64,000 nucleotides of DNA from Ginglymostoma cirratum (GCA_024137785.1 JAHRHZ010000099.1:1317262-1381261), one strand, 5' to 3'. Positions 12,446 to 24,002 are shown, counted from the stretch's first letter. Notes: generated by a model from the sequence alone, not told the origin. Numbers and translations: made by a program.

Positions 12446-15195
12446 CTCGATTCACTCCGGCAGCCGGATGGCTGTGGCGGAAGTCCTTTCTCTCTCATGA
12501 GGAGAAGTCTGTCTGTGTGGCATTTTTCTTCAGTTTGAAGAGAGAGGAAAGGTCACTGCTGTACCAAGTGACCCAGACAAACAGTTCAGACATCTTTCAC
12601 ATAAAGCGAAAGAGTAATTCAAATAAGTCTGCTCTCCCTTCTCTCACCTGTTGTGATAGCTCTTCACACCTCAAAGTTTCTTATTAACTGTCTTTAATAA
12701 CTTTGTCTGCTGACATTAATTGCCAAAGTTCCGAATTTTTAAAGTTCTACTCTTACACGCAAGTGTGTCTTCTACTGTGGAGACAAACATAAACGGCTTA
12801 TTCACCGATCATATAATTTCCTCATTCCCACGATCATTTCTCTCGACTGTCTTTAGGGGACTGATGCTTTGTTTGAGCTGCTTTTTCTTTGTACCTGCTT
12901 GTAAAAGCTCACACGACCTATTTTTATATCCTTGATTAGTTTACTTTCATCTATTTTATCCATTTCCATCGACTTCTTGGGATCTTTTGCTGGTTTCAGA
13001 AAAGCTTATCCTCAGACTTGATGGTTTTCGTTGTTTTATTCATTCAGGGGATGTAGGTTTCGCTGGCTCGACCAGCATTTAATGTCCATCTCTAATAGCC
13101 CTGGAGAATTTTGACCTAGCAGAGGTAACGTATGAAGGACACTATATTTACAAATCGTGATGGTGAGTGTTGCAACATTTTGAGACTTTTATTTTAATCT
13201 AATCCATTCTTCAAATGTTTACTGAGCTAATGATGGATCTCTCGATTTTATTTTATTTTTTAAATTTTTACATATTTTTGTTGCACATTACGATTTTTAA
13301 AAATGTTTCCCATATTCGTTTACACCCACGTCATTAAATCTATTTATTCAATCTATTTTGATCAGAGCTCTCCACGTCCATAGATTTTTGGCTCTGTTTA
13401 AGCATAAGGTTCTTGGCTGCCCCCAAAATACGTCAGTTTCAAATTTCATATGGGATTTCGTTCTATTCTAATCACGTTTTATTTCCGCGTGTATCATTTA
13501 CTCGAAAGTTACGAATTAATCTGTCTCATTGCACAGTACTGAATCTGAAATAGTTTTATCCTTTGATAGTATCAGCACACCTTGCTGGTCAGCCTTTTTA
13601 TTCTCTCTGTTAGCGGTCAATGTGGGTTTATGAGCCTGGAAGCAGGTAAATTGAGTTCCTCACGGATTTCGTAGTTCCTGTCATTCTCCACAGTTTTCCA
13701 TTGCTTCACCTGTGAATCTAGTACTTGGAAACTTCAAGGACAATAAGTCGCAGACTGATGAAGATGGAAACAAGAAGGCCTTGCCTTTTTAGTGTCTAAA
13801 GTGGAATCCGCGATATTGTCTGCAGTAATACTGAGTGGGACAGGACGTGAATGGCTGCAAACATCGCGTGATCGGCAATGATTTATCAGAAATACTATTT
13901 AAGAATCCTCTCGGCGCTTTGCGTTGTGCAGCACTACACAACTCAGAGGGTGAAACTCCCGCAATGTCCCCGTAAATCATAAGAACCGCGACCACGTAAA
14001 GAGACTTAACCCAAAGGGTGCTATGTCCCTCGTTGGCCATATGATACTATCAGTTGCGAGACTGGAGCGTTTCAAACATTTATGGTTGCATGTTTGGAGA
14101 AGGAATTGTCCCTACTGGGAGCAGGATAGTGCCAAGGCATGCTGTATTGTATAGTGATTTGGGTAATCAGTGACGGCCTTTCAGAAGTTCCTATTCCAAA
14201 TGGTATGAGGCCTTGCTCACTTTTTTTTATTCATGATCAGAATACAGCGCGTATTATATAAATTGAAAATTGCACTATTTGGGTTAACGGTGACACCAAA
14301 AGCAACTCGGTTTCCGATAGGAAGCCCACTTTTGGTCATCCCGGTTGAAGGTTAGCAGGCACTTGAGTACAGGTGGCAATTCCAACACAGTTTTAACAGA
14401 GAGGTTTCACCATGCAAGTAAGTTTCTTGTTCTATAAATGTGCGTTTTTTCAGGCTTTCCTTCACTGTTGCAACTATGAATTGAGATATTCCAATTTATG
14501 CTTATTTTCAGGCTAAGCAGCCTTTAAATTATCACAGAAAATATGTTTCTAATTTCATTTGGGAATATATCAGTACTGCAACATTTCATTGCTGTGTTTA
14601 ATAAGATGTCACCATTAAATTACAAAGTATGCAAGTGTCGGCATATACCTTTGGCCTGTCGGTGTCGATGCATTCCTCTTCAGACTGTCTAAATGCTGTT
14701 CTAACCTACGTTGTAATGTCAAGGGAGGTAAAGGCAATTTATTTGTTTGGAAACATTTTTAACATTAACTGTCCCAATGAGTCAATTAATTAATTTGATG
14801 CTCGAGTTCTGCTTGTGCAAGCTACTTATCAAACAAATAATGATCGTTTATCAGATCAAATTGAATACAAAAATAGAATGCAAGAGCGCTATGTATTCAC
14901 AAGGCTAGAGATGCTGTTTAGGGCCGGTTAACTTCGATGCCAACGGTTCTCGTTGGGTTCCCACTCCTAGTGAGGTAAACTTAGGATCTGCCTCCTCGTT
15001 CTACCCTTGAGAATAAGCAAATGACAAACTAGAACATGGAGGGTGGTAAAACTGACTGCCAAGCGCTCAGGAGGAAGTGTTAGTAGACTACGTTCAAGGA
15101 CGCGCCCTGCGTGAATAACTGGAATGCTATCAGCGTTAACCTGAAGAGCTTCGTTAACTCATTTATAGAACTCACTGAAGCGATCAAAATCATTC

Positions 15196-15201
15196 TTTAT
15201 T
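15196..15201 (-). terminator. Polyadenylation signal of IgL gene 1
   Basis: AATAAA on the minus strand about 145 nt after the C-exon stop. It is conserved in the paralog at 33754-33759 within alignable flanking sequence. Confidence 0.8.
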
Positions 15202-15346
15202 AGACAATGACTTCGAATTCCAGGTTTAAACATTAAACGTTTCTGCAAAAATGTGAAGAAAGGAATACATTCCGAATACCGAGACACTGCTTTCAAACAT
15301 GAACATTCTGAATGATAGTTTGCGACCGTGGAGGGACTTCACTCGT

Positions 15347-15675
15347 TCACTCGCAGCCTGATCTCTTGATGCTTTGCTTGAGCTGAGATTCGAGAGACTC
15401 ATGTGTAACGCCGCAGGTGTAGACTTCGTGTGAGTTCCACTGGGAGGCGGTCAGGGTCAGGTAACTGCTCACGCTGTAGGTCTGGTCGGTGTCCCGCACC
15501 AACCGAGTTGTCTGGACACCACTGTCCGTGGTCTGGCCGTCCACACTCCATGAAACCTCCACCGAGCCAGGAAAGAAATTATTCACCAAACACACCAGGG
15601 TCGCCTTGTTTTCTGCGGAGATCTGATCAGGCGATGGCGGGAGAAGAGATACCGAAGGGCGAGTCGCTTCCCGGG
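15347..15675 (-). CDS. IGL: Immunoglobulin light chain constant (C1-set) exon, lambda-like, exon 3 of gene 1
   Basis: Acceptor TTTCATTACAG|CC (phase 1). Translates REATRPSVSLLPPSPDQISAENKATLVCLV...VSWSVDG...YSVSSYLTL...WNSHEVYTCGVTHESL...RSGCE*, with both Ig-fold Cys, the core Trp and the penultimate inter-chain Cys. Confidence 0.96.
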
Positions 15676-17499
15676 CTGTAATGAAACGGGTTATGTTAGT
15701 CAAATTTTCTTTTAAAATTGCAATCGTAAAAATACTTATAATTAAATATCCGTTGCAATAAATGAGTACGTGATAAATTATTGCTTTGTTTTATCTGTAA
15801 TGGTCTCAAAACACACGCCAAAGTCTTGACCAGATGATTTAGGCTGACGCGGTGTTGAGCGTGAGTTGCACTAGCCTCGATTCCTTCCTTAATGGTAATC
15901 GTCTAACTGTCGTTAATCGATGGTTTTTGATAGCTCTGAATGATCTGGACGTACATGTGTAGTGGCATTAATTCAGGACCAGACGGGTCTATCTTTAATG
16001 TAGTTACATGACATCGCAATATGTGATGTTCAAGTGTAAAATTATCCACCTCGTTTTCGGTCACTCTCTCGAGGTAATGGAATCAGTGTAAGTCTGTTCA
16101 GTTAACCAGTTATGGGCATGTAATTTACAATAACATCAGAAAACACAGAGGCCCAGATCACGAGTGTGCCTACAATGTTGCAGCAATACAAACAGTAAGT
16201 GTTTTTAATAAAAAAAAACTTGAAGACATCTGTCTCATCAAGAATCCGATCTTTCTGGTCTCTGTTTATATGAACTAACATATGGGGCATCACTAAGACC
16301 GTATCATACTGACAGTGGTGTTTGACCAAAAGAAAATTTCAGTGCTATTTCGAGTGGGATAAAAAGCAATAATCCTCTCAGTCCTAGTCAATATGCATGC
16401 CGAAAACTACATCTATAAAGCAGAAGATTTGATCATAATCACATTGCAGCTTGTGGGGCCTTTCTATGTTTAATTTGGCTCCCAATACTCCACATTACAA
16501 TGTGGAGCACGGCAAAGTTTTTTTTTCATTTGTTATAAACATTTATCTGCAATTGTGAAAGATGCAGTTTAAATCTTGGTTCCTTTAATTTTCGGATTTA
16601 ATTGTAAGGATCAATTTTCTGGAATAAATGGCCATCCGTCTCACTGTCAATTTGAACTCTTTCTACTGAACAAACTAAACGATTATTTCCGGTGCCATAA
16701 GTTGCAAACCCTTTCTTTGAAAGCAGTTGAACGATTTCATTAGATATAGCCGAGAGAAAATATTCTGACAGAAGAAGGAGGTTGTTAAACTATCTTTCAA
16801 TTCTGAAGAATGACGTCTTTCAAATATTGTCTAAAATGTGGATAACTTTAAAAACAGTGTTTCTCACCCCGTGCTCTGTACATTGTAGTACTATAGTGTT
16901 TTCCTAAAAAAAAGTAAATCCTTATAGGGTAATAGAACTTGTAAATAATCCATCCATGACCATGTCTACATGGGTGGCTGGTAAGATAACGTTGGAAAGT
17001 CTCATAGCGGTAGACAGTGGAGAGAAGCAAATCAAGATTAAAGCCGTGCTCACACTCTTGGATGTTGGCAAGTTGTGGAGCTGTGAGACAAAAACTGTTG
17101 TTGGCCCTTTCCAAGTGCCCTGCCCGACCACAATCGCCGCTCCACATTTGACACCGTCGTATGCTATTATTATCCGCTAGGTGTGCTATCAACGGCCTTC
17201 AAAGAAAAACACTGATTGAACTCAATGCACAGAATGCTTTGATACTAATTCTAAATTTAGAAGTCAAACTTTTCGTAGATAAGACAATTCTTTTACAATT
17301 TGAACGTGTGATAGCTTTATATCGCAAACAATTGCTGGTGGCAATCTACAGCTACAGTTGCTTCATCTTACTCACATTAGAAGACAACTCAACCTTTACG
17401 AACCAGAAGTTCGGCCCCAGCCAGAATGAGTTTGTCTAATTGTTAGACATACAAATGAAGGGTCCACTGTACGGTCTGAATCAAATTAAGGCTACTTAC

Positions 17500-17841
17500 T
17501 TAGAACAGTGAGCTTGGTACCTCCGCCGAAGCCATAGCTACCCCAGCCACAGTAATAGTCGGCGTCATCCTCCGCTTGAACTCCGCTGATGGTTAAATAT
17601 GCGGCATTAGTTGACGATTGGCTCCTCCCGGAGAACCGAGCGGGGACCTCCGTACCCTTGACCTCGCGGTTCAGATCATGATAGAGTAGGAATCGAGGAG
17701 TATTCCCGGATATCTGCTGGTACCATCCCACGTCATTGTTTCCCAAGGAGGTGCCAGACACGGTGCAACTTAATTTAACTGTGCCTTGCGGCTCGATGGA
17801 TATCGATTGCGGTTGGGTTAATGTAACCTCGGCGTTCGAAC
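17500..17841 (-). CDS. IGL: Germline-joined VJ exon of IgL gene 1 (exon 2)
   Basis: Acceptor TTTTGTAG|GT and donor CTA A|GTAAGT. The frame is open: SNA-EVTLTQPQSISIEPQGTVKLSC-TVSGTSLGNNDVG-WYQQISGNTPRFLLY-HDLNREVKGT-EVPARFSGRSQSSTNAAYLTISGVQAEDDADYYC-GWGSYG-FGGGTKLTVL. V runs directly into J with no RSS. Confidence 0.96.
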
Positions 17842-17931
17842 CTACAAAATGTGGAGCAAAATCAGAGGGTTAGCTTCAGTTGATTAATATCGCCACTTTC
17901 TACCTGCCTGCAACGTTTGTTGAATACTTAC

Positions 17932-17983
17932 AGACTGCGCCAATTAGCAGCGTCGTGATGACACGCGCCCACTGAAACGTCAT
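17932..17983 (-). CDS. IGL: Leader (signal peptide) exon of IgL gene 1 (exon 1)
   Basis: ATG at 17983-17981 encodes MTFQWARVITTLLIGAV, followed by a T|GTAAGT phase-1 donor and a 90-nt intron. The spliced L-VJ-C product is 240 aa in frame. Confidence 0.92.
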
Positions 17984-18160
17984 GATTTGAGTGGGAGAGG
18001 TCGTAGGAACTGCAGATGCTGGAGAATCTGAGATAACAAGATGTATCAGGTGGCTCAGACCCGTCGCCAGGTTGCAGTCGAAAAGAATTATTGTTTGTCG
18101 GTCTCGCTTTGCCTTATCAATGCTTTTAATGGTGACACCTCTCTACAAGGGTTCTTCATT

Positions 18161-18168
18161 ATGCAAAT
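18161..18168 (-). promoter_or_regulatory. Ig octamer ATTTGCAT (light-chain orientation) of gene 1 promoter
   Basis: Perfect ATTTGCAT on the transcribed strand about 180 nt upstream of the ATG. The same motif and context (ATTTGCATAATG) occurs upstream of paralog 2. Confidence 0.9.
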
Positions 18169-18459
18169 GAAGGCTGACTGTTGACCACTGATAATCGTGT
18201 TCGGCCCTCCCAATCACATGACTTCCAAACTGAACAAACCAGCATCGGACATCAGACAGATTTATGTTGCAATGTTGTATATCGCTCACAGGATGCGTTA
18301 ATTACTGCGATACCTTTTTGAAATTTGTACATTTTGTACACTGTGTAAAGAAGTTATTGTTTTAATGAATATACTGAAATATATCTTTCATTTTCTACAG
18401 GACATCCTAAGCATTAGAAAGAGAATTTGATCATTGTTCCCGTCTTCTCTGAAGGCTAT

Positions 18460-18710
18460 AAACAGAAATTGCTGGAGAAACTCAGCAGGTCTGGCTGTAT
18501 CCGTGGAAAGAGTTAATGTTTCGAGTCCAGTGATCCTTCAGATAGAAAAAAAACGAATAAATATGGATGCTGGAAAACTGAGTTACGCAGAAATTGCTGG
18601 AAAATCTCAGTAGATCTGGTAGTATCTGTGAAGATAGCAGAGTTAATGTTTCGAGTGCAGTGATCATTTGCTTCAGATTGCCAGCATCCGCAGTTCTTTA
18701 TTTTATTCCA
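18460..18710 (-). mobile_element. Tandem Penelope-like terminal fragments
   Basis: Two copies of GAAATTGCTGG.AAA.TCAG.AG.TCTGG...AGAGTTAATGTTTCGAGT.CAGTGATC. The minus strand shows degenerate CTGA...GAAA cores. Confidence 0.65.
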
Positions 18711-19079
18711 ATGTATAGGCAATTATTTTACACATTCAGCCCTATCCATTGAATTCAACTATATTCGTAAAAAAATTACAATTACGATATTTTCATGAAC
18801 AATTCAAAGACGTGAAGCACACTACCGCTGATTTGAATCGTCTTTACCAGGTGCAGTTACTCGGGAAAATCTAAACTAATCGATACCATTTCTTAAAATA
18901 ACTGTTTCCTTCAACACGTACTGTAGCAGGAATCATTAAACAGTTTTACACTCAATGTTAGTGTTGCTTTTAATGGTCTAAAACACTTGTCTATCTTCGA
19001 GCTTGTTATATTTCGTGAAATTTGAAGTTGTGTGGAAATAAGCTAATTCGCATAATGATGGGGAAATTGGCAATTACAG

Positions 19080-19900
19080 ATAAACGACAGCTTAATTCTA
19101 ACACAGGAGGATTGTAAAGTGATTCCTTTGCGAAGGAAGAATGAGGAGACGCAATAGAGGCCAACTACCATAAGTTTAGAGGCCGATCAGGAACAGAAAA
19201 ATCTGAAGATGTATGTGCATAAGTCGTCGAAAGTGAAGGGATAGTTCAGCAAGCTGTTAAAAAAAGACATCGTGAATCTTTGGCATGATCATGGGGAATG
19301 AAAAGAACAAATGCAAGACAGCTAAACCATTACCAACCAAAGGGGTTCGGCCCCAGCCAGAATATCGCAGCCAATTCTGGGCACTGCACATTATCGCTTA
19401 GAGACGGCACAGAGGACATTTGCTGGAATGGCTCCAAGAATAAAACATTTTAATTAGGTAAAGACGTTTTAAGTGACTGGGATTATTGCCCCCAAGAACA
19501 AAAACAATTAAAGGGAGCATATGACAGAAATGTCCACCATCATGAACTGTTCCAACAAAGTAAATGAGAAGAAACCTTTTCCATCGGCAGACGGATAATT
19601 AGACAAGGTAAACAGATTTAAGGCAATTAGAATGGTGGTAGTGACCCTACCTCTGAGCCAAATGGCCCAGGTTCAAGTCCCACCTGCTCCAAAATTGTGT
19701 AATAACATCTCTAAATAGATAGATCCTTTTTAAAAAGTGTCAAAAGAAGCGGAGACGACGAGGCCGGAAAATCATGTTATTTTGCAGATCGGACTGATTA
19801 TGCAGAACGCAATGTGGCTGTCTGTACATTTGCACGGTGGAAGTAGAAGTAATTTTAAAAAGAAAATGATGAATAATTGAAGAGGGAAATATATTGCGCT
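19080..19900 (+). mobile_element. Old degraded CR1 3' fragment with a nested short SINE (about 19630-19725)
   Basis: Remnant CR1 C-terminal similarity. The SINE GTGGTAGTGACCCTACCTCTGAGCC...GGTTCAAGTCCCACC also occurs near 9445, 42318, 42540 (minus) and 61183. Confidence 0.55.
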
Positions 19901-21394
19901 GAAGCCTCTGTTATTGCTGTATTATTTTATAATCGACAAAAAACATAATTTTCTTTACGCTATGGCTGCATTTTTTTTCTTCCATTCGACCTTCTTGCTT
20001 TCAAATTGTGTCACTCAGACATCTTCATTACTGGATTCACTCATAAGGCGAGAAGACCTATAGCAATCACAAAAGTATATGCGCAACACCTCGCTCTTTG
20101 CTTTCATGTCACCTGTTCAGATCATTAAATGCATTTCTTAAACATTCATGGCGTAAATATTTCAATTTCAAACATAGAGTTCCACCATTAAAAGACAGAT
20201 CTGAGATCCAAGTACGGTGCACCACGTTAAAAATTGTTTACCAAATTCACGCGGTGTTCTGTTTGGGCGTTATTTGTTATTCCAGACATAGATATCACAG
20301 AGAACACATTTATAGGAAAGATATCAATTGCCACGTTTTCAGCAACTCGCCGGGAGCAGCAGAATTACATTCCACCATAATCTGTAAACCAATTGGCCTG
20401 CCATATCCTTCGTATTAGCATTACCTTGTCCGTCCCTCGTTCAATAAGAAGTGCAGGAGAGCACCACCAGGCATGAGTAAAAATTAGGTTCGACCTGCTG
20501 CAGCCACAAACATCGAAACACCAGGCACATGATGCTAAGAAAATCAGGGATCTCCAGCCACAGATCAGACCCAGGGTCTACGGTCATGTCATGTGCAATC
20601 GTGAAAGGTAGTGGCCATTTAATAGCATTCTAATGGACGGTACAACCCAACAAGTCAGCGAAAGATACAACACGGAGGCTTTCGCAAAAAATTACAGCCA
20701 AATCTCTCTGCTGCAGAGATATTACAGCTCTTTGAGTTAAGTAATTTAACTTCATTTCAGTTCTAAATGATTGGTCTCTTATCCTGAGACTGGTCCCACA
20801 TTTTAGACTCCAACATCATTGGAAACAATTTTGCAACATCATACCTATTACTGCCCTTCAGAATCTTGTGCATTTCTCACTAAAACTTCAGAGAAAACAG
20901 ACCCAATTTGCTCAGCATTTCATCATGGGATAATTAACTTGTCCCAGGAACCAATCTAGTGAATCTTGGCTGTATTGCCTTCAATGCAAGTACATAGTTT
21001 TGTAAATGAGAAGGCTAAACTGCATGCAATAATCCAGATGTGTTCTCACCGTAACTCTCCAAAGTGTAACAAATCTTCTTTGACCCTGTACTTGAATCTC
21101 TTTGTAATAAAGGTCAAAATTCAATTTGCTGTCCTGATTGCTTGCCGTACTTACATAATATTAAGAAACAGCTAAAGATACTTGATCGAAATTGCTTAAG
21201 GAATGTTCTCCAGATCGAGCTGGGCTCGAATCAACCTGCTCCAATACACTGCAACAATGCTATCTACATGACAGTGAAGAAAATTTCCAGCCCTGCACCA
21301 CACCCAGCAGCACAAAAACAGAACATAATCTTTCCTAGCTGTGTACAAATAAATCATCAGAGAAGTTTTCAATAATGTCATATTAACATACAAA

Positions 21395-21790
21395 TTAGAA
21401 TCTGGGATAGACCATTCAAGCCCTCTAGCCAAATCTATTTTTCAGTAGATCATGGCTGATCTGACTGTGGCCTCAAGTTCACGTTCCCACCTTTCTCAGA
21501 TAACCATTAACTCCTTTGTTAGTCAAGAATCTGTTTACCTCTGCCTTGAAATGTTTAATTATATGGCTTGTAATACTTTGTGCAAAAGAGTTCCAACTAC
21601 TCAATGATGTCTTAAATGGGAGACTCGTTATCTTTAAACCACATCTCCCTGTGTCTAGTCTCTCCCACAAGGATAAACATCCACTTTGTTAAGTCCTCTC
21701 AGAAATTTATAATTTTCAACAAGATCACTTTTCATTCTTCTAAAGTCCGATGGATAAAGCCCAGCCTGCCAAATTTTCTCATTAGATAAT
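21395..21790 (-). mobile_element. CR1 LINE 3' end
   Basis: ORF 21479-21670 contains FKAEVNRFLTNKGVNGY, and the 3' UTR is similar to 35064-35160. Confidence 0.75.
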
Positions 21791-22039
21791 CGTTCACCCC
21801 AACCCCATTCCAGGTGTCAGTCATTGACCATGTTACCTATGACCCATTTACTTATAATTTAGGCAAGTGTACACAAGTTAGGTTTCACTAAGACCACTTG
21901 ACTCTAGACCTCATTGCAGCTTTATAGAATAAAAGATCATAAATCACTTGACTGCCTACGCCACCGAGCATGCACGCAAGATTGTATGAAGTGCAGTCCA
22001 GTAAGAGGTTTTCTTCCATTTGTTCTATCACTACCCACT

Positions 22040-24000
22040 CATCAACTATGTTCTTCAGGTCATGGTGAATAGAAGTGGCATTGCAGACTCATTCTTAATG
22101 TTGTACAAAGAAGTGCCTACCTAGAGTGTTAGTTGCTATACAGAAGTACTGATTCATCAGTTGAGAGTTGTGAGAAACCTACAGTGTGAGCGGGAGAATC
22201 CAATTGTCAATGTCCCAGTAGGTGCCAAAGACTCGAGTAAGATTAGATAATGGTTCTACTTCAGGGGAATGACGATCCAGGCACTAAATTAGAAAACGGT
22301 TGGTTAAGTTAAATAAGGGTAATAATCTGTGGATATTGCCTAAGCAGATGATGTAGCGCAGATAAAATGAGAGAGATGAATATGTTGCTGAAAGTCTGTG
22401 GGAGAAGTACGACCCAGGTCATTGGCACTGGCAAATGCATTGAAACAAGTGGGTCTGTATCATTAGGGTGGACTTCACCTGAACCCTGCTGCACCGATGT
22501 CTTCTGAGTGTTATAACTAGCGAAGCATTCAGAGCTTAAAACTAAATAGATGGGGAAGAAATCACGGAAATTGTGCAAATTGAAGGAAAATGGCAAAGCA
22601 ATAGATCAAGATGGCAATAAAGTTAACAATCTTGTTCTAAAGGAGACTTTAGGAAAGAGTGACCATAATAAAAAAAAAAAGAACTTTACATTAAGTTTGT
22701 AAGTGATGTTGTTCAAACAGAAACTAGAAACTTAAATCAAACTGGAGTAAGTTTTGAAAGTGTGAGGGGTCTATTGTGAGGCTGAAAGCACCTAATGGGT
22801 TCTTTAAAGTCTGATCAAAATGAATACAAGGAGACACGTGAGCTTCAGTACATACCTAGTTTTTATTAGCTTAATCTACTTAACATATATACAAACTGAT
22901 ATGCAAATCTATGAGCTTAAACTACTATATACATATGCGAACTAATGAGTCTCACGGTTTTTCAACCATCAGGGTCTGGTGGCGGTGGCACGTGGAGTTT
23001 TATCTCAGATTCCATGGTGCCAGTCTCAAGAACCTCAGACTGATGGTGAAAGTCCAACAGGTAGGGCAAAGTCCCCAATGTTAAAAGTGTTCTGAATCTA
23101 ATGATACAGTACTTTCCAAGGTATTCTATTGCGTAGAAAACAAAACTCAAGGTTGTCTTTGTCTTAACTGCACAGTAGTCTGTTTGCCACCCAGCCAAGG
23201 TCAATTCAATTAGCTTCCATCCAAAACAGATTGTTTTGTACTAGGCCTACTTTCCACTTAATTTTCAATTTATTTCAGTTGTTCATTGTCATGTCTAATT
23301 AACCCTGAACAAGTAACCCTTAATGACCTGGTTTGGAGATATTTTTAAACTCAACACTACAAGGAGTAAATTGGCTGGAATGGTTCCTGTAGATTTGAAG
23401 GTAGCAAATGTACCCCAACTACTGAAGACAGGATGAAGAGAGAAAATAAGGAACTGCAGGCCTGTTAATCTAACATCAGTCAAAGGGGTCATGCTTCAGG
23501 CAATAATAATGACGTGGTCATCAGGAATTTAGTCAATAGTATCAGAAATGAGCAGAGACTACATAGATTTACGAAAAGTAACATGTTTAACAAATCTGCT
23601 GGGGGTGTTTTGGGGGTCCACTAACTCAATAGATATGGGGTCATGAAGAATGTGGATTTTCAGAAAGCTTTTGGTAGGGTGCCACACAAGATGTTCACAA
23701 ACAAAATTAGAGTATATGGGATTGGGGGGAATATACTGGCATGGACTGAAGACAGTCTAACTTTTGGGATATGATTAAGAATAAGAGGGTCATTTTTGGG
23801 TTGGCACTGTGTGAGTAGTGGTGTGTCACAGGGATCAGTGCATGGTTCTCAATTATTTACAATATATCAGTTATTTGGGTGTGGGGATTCAATGTAACAT
23901 ATTTTCCCATGCAGGTGACCCAAAACTAGGTAGAAATGCAAGTTGTGAGGAAGGATTTAAAGATGCTTTAAAGCAATTTGTAAAGGCTAAGCGAGTGGGT
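22040..24000 (+). mobile_element. Degraded CR1 LINE (ORF1 esterase remnant and RT), interrupted by other inserts
   Basis: 22040-22550 aligns to the SGNH-esterase ORF1 seen at 38143-38755. 23360-24000 carries RT motifs. An unrelated LTR-like insert lies at about 22800-23350. Confidence 0.7.
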
Positions 24001-24002
24001 TC

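Noticed and set aside
15430-15703. ORF-track start at 15703 and the antisense ORF 15430-15681
   Set aside because: The start at 15703 lies in the intron upstream of the splice acceptor. The plus-strand ORF is a shadow of the C exon.
17400-17560. Recombination signal sequences or a separate J segment for gene 1, and likewise for paralogs 2 and 3
   Set aside because: No CACAGTG-spacer-ACAAAAACC arrangement was seen next to V or J. V is contiguous with the J motif.
15347-17983. Processed (retrotransposed) copy of a rearranged Ig mRNA as the explanation for the joined VJ
   Set aside because: The leader-V and J-C introns and the octamer promoter are all present.
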